Below, piece by piece: positions 15,971 through 25,405 of a DNA stretch of 32,000 nt. Position 1 is the stretch's first letter, and each line of letters opens with the position of its first letter. The notes beneath the pieces are model-generated. The model was not told the DNA's origin, made no database searches, and was given only the letters and a program-made list of their open reading frames with translations. This DNA comes from Nitrosococcus oceani ATCC 19707 (GTDB lineage Bacteria; Pseudomonadota; Gammaproteobacteria; Nitrosococcales; Nitrosococcaceae): positions 2,580,001 through 2,612,000 of the forward strand of contig NC_007484.1 in the NCBI RefSeq assembly GCF_000012805.1, read 5' to 3'. Both the position numbers and the translations under genes were made by a program.

Positions 15971-16047
15971 TGGTCGGGGTAGAGGGATTTGAACCCCCGA
16001 CCCTCTGCTCCCAAAGCAGATGCGCTACCAGGCTGCGCTATACCCCG
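15971..16047 (-). tRNA. tRNA-Pro (anticodon TGG)
   Basis: The reverse complement CGGGGTATAGCGCAGCCTGGTAGCGCATCTGCTTTGGGAGCAGAGGGTCGGGGGTTCAAATCCCTCTACCCCGACCA folds as a 77-nt cloverleaf with anticodon loop TTTGGGA. Confidence 0.95.
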
Positions 16048-16212
16048 AAACATGAAATATTAAGGTGAGCCGGCGAATGCGTCAATGTATTTTCTCTTCT
16101 CTTGCCGACTATCTGATTCTGGCCCCGCTTTTTTAGCAGTCTTTCCTCTCATGCAATTATAATAACAAATTATGCTCCCCATTACTGAACTATTAACAAT
16201 TAAGGATCATTC

Positions 16213-17067
16213 ATGAGCGCTAACATCCTTGACGGGAAAGCCATTGCCGCCAATATTCGGCGAAACATCAAAAAACGAGTTCAAGAAAGAATAACAGCCG
16301 GACTCCGCCCGCCAGGATTAGCAGTCATACTGCTTGGCAGTGATCCCGCCTCCCAAGTCTACGTTCGTAACAAGCGCCGCGCCTGCGAAGAAGTGGGTTT
16401 CAAATCCTTAGCTTATGATCTGCCGGCAGATACCACCCAGGCTAACCTACTCGCGCTCATCGACCAGTTAAACGCAGATTCAACCGTAGACGGGATTTTG
16501 GTCCAATTGCCTCTTGGAGGACATATTGATGCTGAGCAAGTGATCGAGCAAATTCGCCCCGATAAAGACGTGGACGGCTTCCATCCCTATAATATTGGGC
16601 GACTAACTTTGCGCCTTCCCCTGCTTAGACCCTGCACACCTCATGGCGTGATCACCCTTTTGCGCACCACGGGGCAAGACCTGAGAGGCTTGGAAGCGGT
16701 TGTAGTTGGGGCCTCTAATATCGTAGGACGGCCTATGATGCTAGAGCTGTTGCTGGCTGGTTGCACGGTAACTATTTGCCACCGTTGGACCCGTGACTTA
16801 CACAAGCCTATTTCAGAAGCCGATATCGTAGTTGCTGCCGTGGGTAAACCCCACTTAATCCAAGGAAAATGGATCAAGCCTGGCGCAACGGTTATTGACG
16901 TGGGTTTTACCCGGCAACCGGACGGTACCTTAACCGGTGACGTAGAATTCGAATCGGCCCGGCAGCGGGCCTTGTGGATCACGCCTGTGCCTGGCGGGGT
17001 AGGCCCCATGACCATTGCGACCTTGTTACAAAACACCCTTTACGCTACAGAAAAACTACACGAGTGA
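16213..17067 (+). CDS. folD: bifunctional methylenetetrahydrofolate dehydrogenase / methenyl-THF cyclohydrolase
   Basis: 284 aa. ILDGKAIA N-terminus, [31 protein letters not shown] and [10 protein letters not shown] motifs are all canonical FolD. Confidence 0.95.
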   Translation: MSANILDGKAIAANIRRNIKKRVQERITAGLRPPGLAVILLGSDPASQVYVRNKRRACEEVGFKSLAYDLPADTTQANLLALIDQLNADSTVDGILVQLPLGGHIDAEQVIEQIRPDKDVDGFHPYNIGRLTLRLPLLRPCTPHGVITLLRTTGQDLRGLEAVVVGASNIVGRPMMLELLLAGCTVTICHRWTRDLHKPISEADIVVAAVGKPHLIQGKWIKPGATVIDVGFTRQPDGTLTGDVEFESARQRALWITPVPGGVGPMTIATLLQNTLYATEKLHE

Positions 17068-17099
17068 GGGTTTTGCTGGACCATAGGTGGGTTAAAATG

Positions 17100-18557
17100 C
17101 TAGCCTCGCCGCCAGAGAGTTCCTGCCGCTGTATCTTCCAAAGTAATGCCTTGGTCCTTCAGTATTCCACGAATACGATCCGCTTCAGCCCAGTCTTTAT
17201 TTTTACGGGCAACCGTCCGCTGGGCAACTAACTGCTCAATGCCGTCATGGGAAAGGACGGCTTCTTCCCCCGCCGCGGCAGTGTCAGGAATAGCGGCTAC
17301 CTGGCGGGAATCGCGCAGAAACTGCTCAGGCTCATGGGCCAGCAACCCTAAAATACCGCCCAAAGATCGTAGCAGCACAGCTAAAGATTGCCCCTTCTCG
17401 GTATCACCTGCCTCGCGAGCGCGGTTAAGGGCATGGCGGACTTCATTTAACAGGGCCAAGGCTTCAGGAGTATTAAAATCATCGTCCATAGCTTCCCGAA
17501 AGCGCAACACAAAAGGATCTCCCCCATCGGTAAATTCCCAGCTTAATCCTTGCGCGGATGCTCGGTCTTCGCCTCTTGGTATTCCCCGTAGCGCCGTATA
17601 TAAGCGGGTCATGGCGGCTTTAGCGGTATCCAGTTGCTGCTTGGTATAGTTCAAAGGGCTGCGGTAATGACTAGAGAGAATAAAATAGCGCAGCACTTCG
17701 GGATGATAGTGCTCCAAAACTTCACGCACGGTGAAAAAATTACCCAAGGACTTGGACATTTTCTCATCATTCAGCCGCACGAAGCCATTGTGCATCCAAT
17801 AGTTGACGAACTTACCGCCTGTCGCCGCCTCACTCTGGGCAATCTCGTTCTCATGGTGGGGAAACTGGAGATCCTGACCGCCACCATGAATATCAAAATG
17901 AGTCCCTAATTCCTGGATAGACATGGCCGAGCACTCAATGTGCCAGCCAGGGCGTCCTGGTCCCCAGGGCGATTCCCAAGCAGGCTCACCGGATTTGGCG
18001 GCTTTCCACAGGACAAAATCCAAGGGATCGGTTTTAGCCTCGTTCACTTGAACCCGTTCGCCAGCCCGCAAGTCTTCTAAGTGCCTGCCAGAAAGGGCGC
18101 CATAACCCTCGAAATGGCTGACATCATAGTAGATATCCCCATTTTCTCCTTGATAGGCATAACCTTGGTCCAGCAATTGCCGTACCATGGCCAGGATGGC
18201 CTCCATGGATTCTGTGGCTCGCGGTTCCCGATCCGGGGGCAGTATCTGAAGGCTTGCTTCATCCTCATGCAGGGCCTGAATGTAACGGGCGGTTAGGGTA
18301 TGAATACTTTCTCCCCTTTCATTGGCGCGGTGAATGATTTTATCGTCGATATCCGTGATGTTCCGCACATAGATCACTTCAAATCCACTGGCCCGTAGAT
18401 AGCGAACCACCATATCAAAGACGACCATAACGCGGGCATGGCCCACATGGCACAGATCGTAGACCGTCATGCCGCATACATACATGCGCACCTTGCCGGA
18501 TTCAATGGGAATAAATTCCTCTTTCCTCCGGGTTAAACTGTTATAGATACGCAACAT
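17100..18557 (-). CDS. cysS: cysteine--tRNA ligase
   Basis: 485 aa. Has [18 protein letters not shown] (HIGH-type motif), KMSKSLGN and the WHIECS zinc site. Confidence 0.95.
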   Translation of the reverse strand: MLRIYNSLTRRKEEFIPIESGKVRMYVCGMTVYDLCHVGHARVMVVFDMVVRYLRASGFEVIYVRNITDIDDKIIHRANERGESIHTLTARYIQALHEDEASLQILPPDREPRATESMEAILAMVRQLLDQGYAYQGENGDIYYDVSHFEGYGALSGRHLEDLRAGERVQVNEAKTDPLDFVLWKAAKSGEPAWESPWGPGRPGWHIECSAMSIQELGTHFDIHGGGQDLQFPHHENEIAQSEAATGGKFVNYWMHNGFVRLNDEKMSKSLGNFFTVREVLEHYHPEVLRYFILSSHYRSPLNYTKQQLDTAKAAMTRLYTALRGIPRGEDRASAQGLSWEFTDGGDPFVLRFREAMDDDFNTPEALALLNEVRHALNRAREAGDTEKGQSLAVLLRSLGGILGLLAHEPEQFLRDSRQVAAIPDTAAAGEEAVLSHDGIEQLVAQRTVARKNKDWAEADRIRGILKDQGITLEDTAAGTLWRRG

Positions 18558-18575
18558 AAACGAATTCCTGAAATT

Positions 18576-19994
18576 TTAATACGATTGGTCTACGCAGTTT
18601 TGGAGTCGCTGTCGAACCCGCGCTACCCCCATCAAAGGAAGCAAGCGAGCCAATTCTGGGCCATCTAACTCTCCAGTAAAGGCTGCCCGCAAAGGGAGAA
18701 AAAGCGACCGGCCTTTTGCGCCCGTAGTTTGCTTGAGTTGAGCAGCAAGCGCTTTAAAATCGGTACCAGAACCGTCAACAGCGGCTAATGCCTGGGTAAA
18801 GAATTGGGCGCCCGCCTCATGGATAATGGGTAAGATGCCGTCCTTGAGCACAAGCTCTTCGCTAAAGAGCACTTTCGCCCAATGAAGAGCATCTTCAGGT
18901 AAAACTACGTTAGGCCGAACAGTTTCGATAAAATCCTGATATTTATCGGCTGGTACCTGGGAAGCGGCTACCGGCGCTAGCCACCGCTCCAAGGTGTCAA
19001 GATCACAGCGAGCCAGGGCCTCCCGTTGCCAATGATGAAGTTGTTGTGGATCAAAGCGTGCCGGTGCCCTCCCCAGCCGCGCCAAGTCGAATTGAGCAGC
19101 CAGAGTATCCAAATCCAGAAAACCGCTATCTTCATAATGATGACCTAGCCGAGCCAGATAATTACATAATGCTTCTGGCAAATAGCCTGCCTCCCGTAAT
19201 TCCCGGACGCTGCGACTCCCGTGACGCTTGGAGAGGGGAGCGCCATCGCGGCCCACGATCATGGCAATATGTCCATAGCGAGGTATCGGCAGCCCCAAAG
19301 CCCGGAGTAACAGGATTTGGCGCGGGGTGTTGGTCAGATGATCCTCGCCCCTCAAGACATGAGTAACACCCATCAGGGCATCATCTAGAGCATTGCTAAA
19401 AAAGAACGCAGGTGAACCATCAGTACGCCGGATTATAAAATCACCGATATCTCCCGTTGCAAAACGCTGGGGACCCCGTACTAAATCCTCAAATTCGATA
19501 GTGGTAAGGGACGGCACACGAAACCGCAGAGCGGACTTAAAGCCTGCCGCTAATTTACCTTCTACTTCCTCGGGGCTGAGACGGGCACAGGTTCCCGGAT
19601 AGCGGGGGGCTTGGCCTGCAGCTAACTGCCGCTTGCGCACTCGCTCAAGTTCCTCCTGGGAACAAAAACAAGGATAGGCCAATTTTTCAGCCTCTAAACG
19701 CTGAAAATCAGCCTGGTAAACAGAACGCCGCTGGGATTGCCGGTAAGGCCCTGCTTCTCCTTCCACTTCCGGCCCCTCTTGCCATTCCAGAGCTAACCAG
19801 CGCAGATCTTCCATCAATGCCGTCACATATTCCTCGCTACTCCGTTCCTGATCTGTATCTTCAATCCGCAGCAGAAACAGGCCACGGCTGCGCCGGGCTA
19901 GCAGGGCATTAAACAAAGCGGTACGTATATTTCCCAGATGCAAGAGTCCACTGGGGCTTGGGGCAAAACGGGTCTTAAGCGCAGTTTTATTCAT
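18576..19994 (-). CDS. gltX: glutamate--tRNA ligase
   Basis: 472 aa. Has RFAPSPSGLLHLGNIRTALFN (HIGH-type) and LSKRHG (KMSKS-type). At full length it includes the anticodon-binding domain, so it is not the short GluQRS paralog. Confidence 0.9.
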   Translation of the reverse strand: MNKTALKTRFAPSPSGLLHLGNIRTALFNALLARRSRGLFLLRIEDTDQERSSEEYVTALMEDLRWLALEWQEGPEVEGEAGPYRQSQRRSVYQADFQRLEAEKLAYPCFCSQEELERVRKRQLAAGQAPRYPGTCARLSPEEVEGKLAAGFKSALRFRVPSLTTIEFEDLVRGPQRFATGDIGDFIIRRTDGSPAFFFSNALDDALMGVTHVLRGEDHLTNTPRQILLLRALGLPIPRYGHIAMIVGRDGAPLSKRHGSRSVRELREAGYLPEALCNYLARLGHHYEDSGFLDLDTLAAQFDLARLGRAPARFDPQQLHHWQREALARCDLDTLERWLAPVAASQVPADKYQDFIETVRPNVVLPEDALHWAKVLFSEELVLKDGILPIIHEAGAQFFTQALAAVDGSGTDFKALAAQLKQTTGAKGRSLFLPLRAAFTGELDGPELARLLPLMGVARVRQRLQNCVDQSY

Positions 19995-20166
19995 GGCTTA
20001 GCATAATAATAGAAAAATCAGCTAGTCACAAAAATTACTGGCTTAGAATTTTTCTCGTTGGGGCTAAAACATGGATGTTTAGCGACCCCCTAGTAAGGTT
20101 GCCTGCCTGTGCGTGTCCGCACGCAGACAGGCGAAGTGAAACGGCGCGCCGAACGGGAGGGCCGCA

Positions 20167-20319
20167 TTACTTGCGTTTTGCCATGAATTCCCGTTTCACG
20201 GCCTCCGAGAGAAGGGTCTCCGTCATATTTGCAATCGACCTGTTTTGTTGTTTTGCCATCTCGACAATTTTGGCGCGTAGCTCGGCATCTATCCGAAGGT
20301 TCAACGTTTCTTTTTTCAT
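20167..20319 (-). CDS. ribbon-helix-helix (CopG/Arc/MetJ-type) DNA-binding protein, 50 aa; solitary antitoxin-like
   Basis: My translation is MKKETLNLRIDAELRAKIVEMAKQQNRSIANMTETLLSEAVKREFMAKRK*. It shows a beta-strand (LNLRID) followed by two helices, the classic RHH layout. It is below the ORF-track length cutoff. There is no strong SD. Confidence 0.6.
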   Translation of the reverse strand: MKKETLNLRIDAELRAKIVEMAKQQNRSIANMTETLLSEAVKREFMAKRK

Positions 20320-20338
20320 TGCCGGAACAACCTGTTTG

Positions 20339-20362
20339 TGTTACATTCAATTTATGGTAACA
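20339..20362. promoter_or_regulatory. palindrome TGTTAC-N12-GTAACA, about 20 nt upstream of the RHH start (candidate operator)
   Basis: Exact 6-bp inverted arms around an AT-rich spacer, in the only plausible promoter region of the RHH ORF. Confidence 0.35.
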
Positions 20363-20617
20363 TAATGCGCCTACCCCTTCAGGTTCTACCCCACAACTGC
20401 GCAAAAGCGGCAATTGGCTATTGAGCTTAGCCCTGCCCGGTTTGTATGGAACTGGGCGTTGGAAACCCGAACGAAGGCGTACCAGGAAGACAAGGTGAGA
20501 AGGGACCGAACTGCTGTCAGTCATGGCGAAACTCCAAATAACGATATTCGCGTAATATAGCCAGTTTCAGAAATCTAATTGATAATCCTTAATCTCAATC
20601 AAAACAGGTTTACATTT

Positions 20618-21211
20618 ATGCACGCTTCCCCAAAAACACTTACTTTCCTTTTGCTTGGCATATTTAGCTTCGCGGCTGAAGCAGGCGGTGGAGCAGTATC
20701 TCCGGATCAGCCACAGGTTAAATTACAAACTACCCTGGGTGATATTGTGATCGCACTCAATCCGGAGAAAGCGCCCGTCACCGTAGAAAATTTTCTCCGC
20801 TATGTGAACGAAGGCTTCTACAACGGTACTTTGTTTCACCGGGTAATTGACAATTTTATGATTCAAGGCGGCGGCTTCGATACCGATTTTAACTCCAAAT
20901 CAACCCACGATCCCATACAGAATGAAGCAGATAACGGACTTAAGAACGAGGTAGGGACCATCGCCATGGCACGTACTTCTGATCCCCATTCAGCTACCGC
21001 TCAATTTTTCATTAACGTCGCCAACAACGCTTCTCTAAACCACCGGAACCAGGATCGCCAAGGCTGGGGTTATGCGGTTTTTGGCCAGGTCATCGAAGGC
21101 ATGGACGTGGTCGATGCCATCAAAAAAGTAAAGACAGGCAGCAAAGGGAATCACAGAGATGTCCCCTTAGAGCCTGTTATTATCGAGCAGGCCACCGTCG
21201 TGGAGAATTGA
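20618..21211 (+). CDS. ppiA: periplasmic cyclophilin-type peptidyl-prolyl cis-trans isomerase
   Basis: Signal peptide [22 protein letters not shown], then cyclophilin motifs [15 protein letters not shown] and [18 protein letters not shown] prefer the ATG at 20618 over the track start at 20579. Confidence 0.9.
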   Translation: MHASPKTLTFLLLGIFSFAAEAGGGAVSPDQPQVKLQTTLGDIVIALNPEKAPVTVENFLRYVNEGFYNGTLFHRVIDNFMIQGGGFDTDFNSKSTHDPIQNEADNGLKNEVGTIAMARTSDPHSATAQFFINVANNASLNHRNQDRQGWGYAVFGQVIEGMDVVDAIKKVKTGSKGNHRDVPLEPVIIEQATVVEN

Positions 21212-21226
21212 TGATAGCGGGACTCC

Positions 21227-21979
21227 ATGGCTACATTTTTCATCTCGGACCTTCACCTCGGAACAGGCAAAACTGAGATTCAGTTACGGGCTATCGAGTT
21301 CCTCTCCCAGGAGGCGCCTTATGGAGATGCCCTCTATATCCTGGGTGACCTGTTTGACTATTGGATCGGAGATGATGCGCCCACAGCGGAGGGCCTGGCC
21401 ATTATCACGGCCCTCCGCCGCCTGGCAGATGTCGGTGTAACTCTCCATTTCCTTTCTGGAAACCGGGATTTTCTGGTGGGTCAGGTGTTTTCTCAAGCAA
21501 GCGGCTGCCAAATTCTGTCCGATCCTGCCATCATTGACCTCTACGGAGTCCCCACCCTGTTAATGCATGGGGATACGCTTTGCACGGACGATGTGGCCTA
21601 TCAACGGGCCCGGGCCCGGCTACGCCGGCCAGCTATTCTCCGAACTTATCTGGCCCTACCAAAGTCCTGGCGCCGCGCTGTTGCCCAGCGCTTGCGCCGC
21701 CAGAGTCAGGCCCATGTTCAACACCAACCCCTAACAATCATGGACGTAAATCAAACCGCGGTTGAAACGGCCCTCCGAATTCATGGGGTCAAACAGCTCA
21801 TCCATGGCCATACCCACCGTCCAGCGGTACACCATTTTACCGTTGATGGCCACCCCAGACAACGGATTGTCCTTGGCGACTGGGATCGTGGAAAGAGCGC
21901 CCTTAGCTGCACTCCAGAGGGGTTTCATTTTTCCGATTCTCGGATATTAGAACCGCGCTTTGGCAACCTTCAGGGGTGA
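21227..21979 (+). CDS. lpxH: UDP-2,3-diacylglucosamine diphosphatase
   Basis: 250 aa. Has the FISDLHLG metallophosphoesterase N-terminus, GDLFDYWIGDD, GNRDFL and GHTHRP. Adjacency to the ppi gene matches E. coli. Confidence 0.9.
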   Translation: MATFFISDLHLGTGKTEIQLRAIEFLSQEAPYGDALYILGDLFDYWIGDDAPTAEGLAIITALRRLADVGVTLHFLSGNRDFLVGQVFSQASGCQILSDPAIIDLYGVPTLLMHGDTLCTDDVAYQRARARLRRPAILRTYLALPKSWRRAVAQRLRRQSQAHVQHQPLTIMDVNQTAVETALRIHGVKQLIHGHTHRPAVHHFTVDGHPRQRIVLGDWDRGKSALSCTPEGFHFSDSRILEPRFGNLQG

Positions 21980-22707
21980 GCCGCCACCTTTTGTTCCAAG
22001 AGATTAACGAGTGCTTGGGGACGGACTAGCCCTGGCAACACCGTACCATCTTCCAGCATCAGGGTCGGAGTAGCATTAACCCCCAAAGATTGACCGAGTT
22101 TAAACTGATCAGCCACGGGATTCTCGCACTTAGCAGTATCTTCAACCGATTTCCCTGCCTTGGCTTGAGTCATTGCCTGATGGGGGTCCTTAGCACACCA
22201 TACCTCTACCGCCTTGTCATAGGAGGAAGAGCCAATACCGGCACGGGGAAAGGCAAGATAACGGATTTTAAGCCCCAAAGCATTGTACTCTTCTATATGC
22301 TGGTGTAATTGGCGGCAGTAACCGCAATCAATATCGGTAAAGACATTCACGGTGTGTTTTGCCTGCTTTGGTCCAAACACAATCATATTCTGTTCATCTA
22401 GGTCGCTGATCGCCGCAGCCCGTATAACCTTGAGCCGCTCCTCGGTCAAATTAGTCCGGGTTGCCAAGTCGACCAACTGCCCTTGCACCATATAACGGCC
22501 ATCCTGGCTCAGATAAAACACTTGCCCTTCCAGCACCACTTCATAAATGCCAGGAATAGGCGCCGGTTTGATGCTTTGTGGCTCCACTCCCGGCACTAAT
22601 TTTTGCAGAGATGCCCGCACCGCCTTGATTTCCTCGTCTCCAACCACAGAAAATGAGAGCGTAACCAATCCCCCCGCCAATAGAAAACCCAGTAATTTCT
22701 TTCCCAT
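21970..22707 (-). CDS. dsbC: thiol:disulfide interchange protein DsbC
   Basis: 245 aa. Has a signal peptide, a dimerisation N-domain, and a thioredoxin fold with a CGYC active site (FTDIDCGYCRQLH). Adjacent to xerD, as in E. coli. Confidence 0.85.
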   Translation of the reverse strand: MGKKLLGFLLAGGLVTLSFSVVGDEEIKAVRASLQKLVPGVEPQSIKPAPIPGIYEVVLEGQVFYLSQDGRYMVQGQLVDLATRTNLTEERLKVIRAAAISDLDEQNMIVFGPKQAKHTVNVFTDIDCGYCRQLHQHIEEYNALGLKIRYLAFPRAGIGSSSYDKAVEVWCAKDPHQAMTQAKAGKSVEDTAKCENPVADQFKLGQSLGVNATPTLMLEDGTVLPGLVRPQALVNLLEQKVAAHP

Positions 22708-22722
22708 CGTTATGCCCTAATA

Positions 22723-23205
22723 TTAATCACGAAAGTTAATGTACTGCAGGGGTAAATCCAAATCGGCCTCCCGCAGCAAAGCAATCACTTGCTGTAAATC
22801 ATCCCGTTTTTTGCCTGAAATTCGCACTTGCTCTCCTTGAATAGCAGCTTGGACCTTGAGCTTGCTCTCCTTGATTATTTTGATGATTTTACGGGCGGTA
22901 TCCTTATCGATACCTTGCCGTACTTGAATGGACTGGCGGGCCCGCTTCCCTATGATTTCTGGCTCCTTAGCTTCTAGACAATCCACATCCACCCCCCGCT
23001 TAGCAAGCTTAGTATCCAGTATGGTTCGCATCTGTTGAAGCTGAAATTCACTCTCAGCAACCAATATGAGTTCTTCTTCTGACTTCTCAATATGAGCCTC
23101 GGTTCCACGAAAATCGAAGCGGGTACCGATTTCACGATTAACCTGGTCAATGGCGTTTTGTAGTTCATGCTTGTCAACTTCAGAAACCACATCGAATGTA
23201 GGCAT
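22723..23205 (-). CDS. yajQ: YajQ family cyclic-di-GMP/nucleotide-binding protein (UPF0234)
   Basis: 160 aa. MPTFDVVSEVDKHELQNAIDQVNREIGTRFDFRG is the invariant YajQ N-terminus. Confidence 0.9.
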   Translation of the reverse strand: MPTFDVVSEVDKHELQNAIDQVNREIGTRFDFRGTEAHIEKSEEELILVAESEFQLQQMRTILDTKLAKRGVDVDCLEAKEPEIIGKRARQSIQVRQGIDKDTARKIIKIIKESKLKVQAAIQGEQVRISGKKRDDLQQVIALLREADLDLPLQYINFRD

Positions 23206-23287
23206 TGCAAGGATCTCCTTAAACAGGGTGACGCTAAAAAGCTATAGCAGGACACGGGGAAATTTAAGCAGCCGTATCAAATATGCT

Positions 23288-24205
23288 TTAGCCGCGAGGA
23301 TGATGCTGCTGGTGAAGCTGTTGCAAACGAGCTCTAGCCACGTGCGTGTAAATTTGCGTAGTCGAAAGGTCTGCATGCCCAAGCAAAATTTGCACTACCC
23401 GCAGATCCGCCCCATGATTCAAAAGATGGGTGGCAAAAGCGTGGCGCAAAGTATGAGGTGAAAGGGCCTTTTGGATACCAGACTGGCGGGCATAACGCTT
23501 AATCAGATACCAGAAAGCTTGCCGACTCATGGCGCCGCCGCGCCGGGTCAGGAATAATATTTCATTAACCTGACTCCTAACTAATCCTAGACGGGCTTCA
23601 CGGCAATAACGGTCAAGCCAGCTCAGCGCAACTTCTCCTAAAGGCACCAAACGTTCTTTATTGCCTTTACCACTTAAATAGACTACTCCCTGCCGAGGAT
23701 TCAATTGAGGAAGAGTTAAATTAACTAATTCAGAAACCCGCAGTCCGGTAGCATATAAAGTTTCCAACATCGTTCGATCCCGTAGTCCCAGGCTATCCTC
23801 AGTCTTAGGGGCGGCTAATAAGGCTTCCACTTCCTCTTCACTCAATGACTCGGGCAAGAGCCTCCCAAGCCGAGGGGACTCCACACGATCACTGGGGTCG
23901 TTGTCGCGGATTTTCTCCCCCATGAGATAACGGTAAAAACGGCGTAGGCTAGAAACCGAACGGGCAACGCTTCTAGATTTGTCGCCCCCTTCCAAGCGGT
24001 GCGCTAGATAGGCCAGCAAATCTTCCCGTTGCGCCCCAATGAGGGTTCGTCCCTGGGAGTGCAGCCAGCGGGAAAATCTCTCTAAATCACGGCGATAAGC
24101 CGCTAGAGTATTCTCCGCCAGCCCTTCTTCTAACCATAAGGCATTCAGAAAGCGCTCCAGGTGCCCCTGATCGGCTGAGAAGCGAGCCTGTTCAGAGCTT
24201 ATCAT
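23288..24205 (-). CDS. xerD: site-specific tyrosine recombinase XerD
   Basis: 305 aa. Has LYATGLRVSELV, HTLRHAFATHLLNHGADLRVVQILLGHADLSTTQIYTHV and the C-terminal HHPRG typical of XerD. Confidence 0.9.
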   Translation of the reverse strand: MISSEQARFSADQGHLERFLNALWLEEGLAENTLAAYRRDLERFSRWLHSQGRTLIGAQREDLLAYLAHRLEGGDKSRSVARSVSSLRRFYRYLMGEKIRDNDPSDRVESPRLGRLLPESLSEEEVEALLAAPKTEDSLGLRDRTMLETLYATGLRVSELVNLTLPQLNPRQGVVYLSGKGNKERLVPLGEVALSWLDRYCREARLGLVRSQVNEILFLTRRGGAMSRQAFWYLIKRYARQSGIQKALSPHTLRHAFATHLLNHGADLRVVQILLGHADLSTTQIYTHVARARLQQLHQQHHPRG

Positions 24206-24678
24206 CCTCCCTCCGTCTCATGCCGCAACAGCCATGCCTTGATATCCAGGTAAGGCCCCTCCGTAGCGCCACTATAACCCCCCAAACCTTGGCTGGAAAT
24301 CACCCGATGGCAAGGGATAAAAATAGGTAAAGGATTGCTGCGACAGGCAGCGCCTATCGCTCGTGGGCTGGTTTTTAATTTCTTGGCAAGCTTGCCATAG
24401 GTGACCGTCGAACCTGGTGGTATAAGGCGCAAAGTATGCCAAACCCGCTTCTGAAATGCTGTTCCCTGTGGCAGGAGAGATAATGTAAACATGACTCTAG
24501 GATCGGCAAAATAAGCTTGAAGTTGAGCGAGCGCTACCCGCGCAGTGGAGTCTGAGGGAAAATATTCTGGAATATTAGGTGGCAAAAAATCCAGGCCGAT
24601 CAAAATATTTCCAGAAGTGGATAATCCCAACTTGCCTAGAGGGGTGGCTACAATCGCCCCATAAACGGAATGCACCAT
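24202..24678 (-). CDS. ogt: methylated-DNA--protein-cysteine methyltransferase
   Basis: 158 aa. Has the PCHRV active site and the TYGKLAK...SPRAIGAACRSNP helix-turn-wing region. Overlaps xerD by 4 nt. Confidence 0.85.
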   Translation of the reverse strand: MVHSVYGAIVATPLGKLGLSTSGNILIGLDFLPPNIPEYFPSDSTARVALAQLQAYFADPRVMFTLSLLPQGTAFQKRVWHTLRLIPPGSTVTYGKLAKKLKTSPRAIGAACRSNPLPIFIPCHRVISSQGLGGYSGATEGPYLDIKAWLLRHETEGG

Positions 24679-24754
24679 AGCCTTGCTCCAAAAACCAAAA
24701 AAGGCACTTCAATCTGAAGTGCCTTGGCTAGCCTTTATCTCATTTATTCAAATT

Positions 24755-25055
24755 TTGGAGTTTCGCCATGACTGATGTCGATTTTGTTCCTACAAAACCT
24801 CATCCGCCTGGAAAATTCGCGCTTCAACGGGTGCCTTGGGCTGGCCACGACTTAGCGCGCAAGGCCCTCAGTTTGGTATCACCCTCCACGCGCATCACTT
24901 CCCCTCCTCCCGAGGATAGGTCGCGCTTGTGGCAACGGGAAAATCATAGCGCGAATTCATGGCAAAATGCAAGTAACCTGGCCCTCGTGCTCGTAGCAAA
25001 GTTTCACTTCGCACGCTCGCTGAGGGGGTCGTTCACTATCCATGGAGAGCTCCAA
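24755..25055 (+). repeat. dispersed repeat family, copy C (301 bp)
   Basis: Starts TTGGAGTTTCGCCATGACTGATGTCG... and ends ...GGGGGTCGTTCACTATCCATGGAGAGCTCCAA. It is near-identical to copy A over about 200 nt and fills the ogt-rplS spacer. Confidence 0.75.
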
Positions 25056-25057
25056 CG

Positions 25058-25405
25058 TTAAATCTTTTCTTTAATACGGGCCGCCTTGCCTCTCCGCTCC
25101 CGCAGATAATAGAGTTTAGCACGGCGCACATCACCCCGGCGTTTAACCAGAATACTTTCTAAGGTAGGACTATGGGTCTGAAAAACCCGCTCAACCCCTT
25201 CCCCATGAGAAATTTTGCGCACGGTAAATGAAGAGTTGAGACCACGGTTACGCTTCGCAATCACAACCCCTTCAAAGGCCTGTAAACGTTCACGCGTGCC
25301 CTCTTTCACCCGAACCTGCACCTGAACCGTGTCTCCTGGACAAAATTCTGGTAAATCTTGCTTTAGCTGCTCTGATTCAATTGCCTTAATAATATTATTG
25401 CTCAT
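25058..25405 (-). CDS. rplS: 50S ribosomal protein L19
   Basis: 115 aa. Has the canonical L19 sequence ([29 protein letters not shown]) and is last in the rpsP-rimM-trmD-rplS operon. Confidence 0.95.
   Translation of the reverse strand: MSNNIIKAIESEQLKQDLPEFCPGDTVQVQVRVKEGTRERLQAFEGVVIAKRNRGLNSSFTVRKISHGEGVERVFQTHSPTLESILVKRRGDVRRAKLYYLRERRGKAARIKEKI

Larger units (their letters stand above)
20058..20537 (-). repeat. dispersed repeat family, copy B (480 bp), carrying an RHH ORF
   Basis: The reverse complement starts TTGGAGTTTCGCCATGACTGA, identical to copy C for 21 nt. It ends with GAATTCATGGCAAAACGCAAGTAA...GTTTCACTTCGC...GGGGGTCGCTAAACATCCATGTTTTAGCCCCAA, which parallels the 3' roughly 100 nt of copies A and C. 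The interior is unrelated to A and C. Confidence 0.65.

Noticed and set aside
17146-17649. Long antisense or overlapping track ORFs inside housekeeping and island genes. Examples are 16641-17036, 17146-17649, 19046-19366, 27609-28352, 9541-10092 and 10026-10460.
   Set aside because: They lie opposite strongly supported conserved genes and have Arg/Ser/Pro-rich composition typical of antisense frames in GC-balanced DNA. None has independent support.
20090-20524. 144-aa track ORF across repeat copy B.
   Set aside because: It reads through the RHH gene in another frame and is Arg/Ser/Pro/Gly-rich with low-complexity composition. The short RHH ORF in the alternative frame is far more protein-like.
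24768-25061. The MTDVDFVPTKPHPP… ORFs (24768-25061 plus strand, 4871-5119 minus strand) as a conserved small protein family.
   Set aside because: The two copies terminate at different points and differ by clustered multi-base changes and radical substitutions. The frame in copy C runs through the fossil RHH stop region. I treat them as by-products of a non-coding repeat, and the question stays open under the copy A finding.
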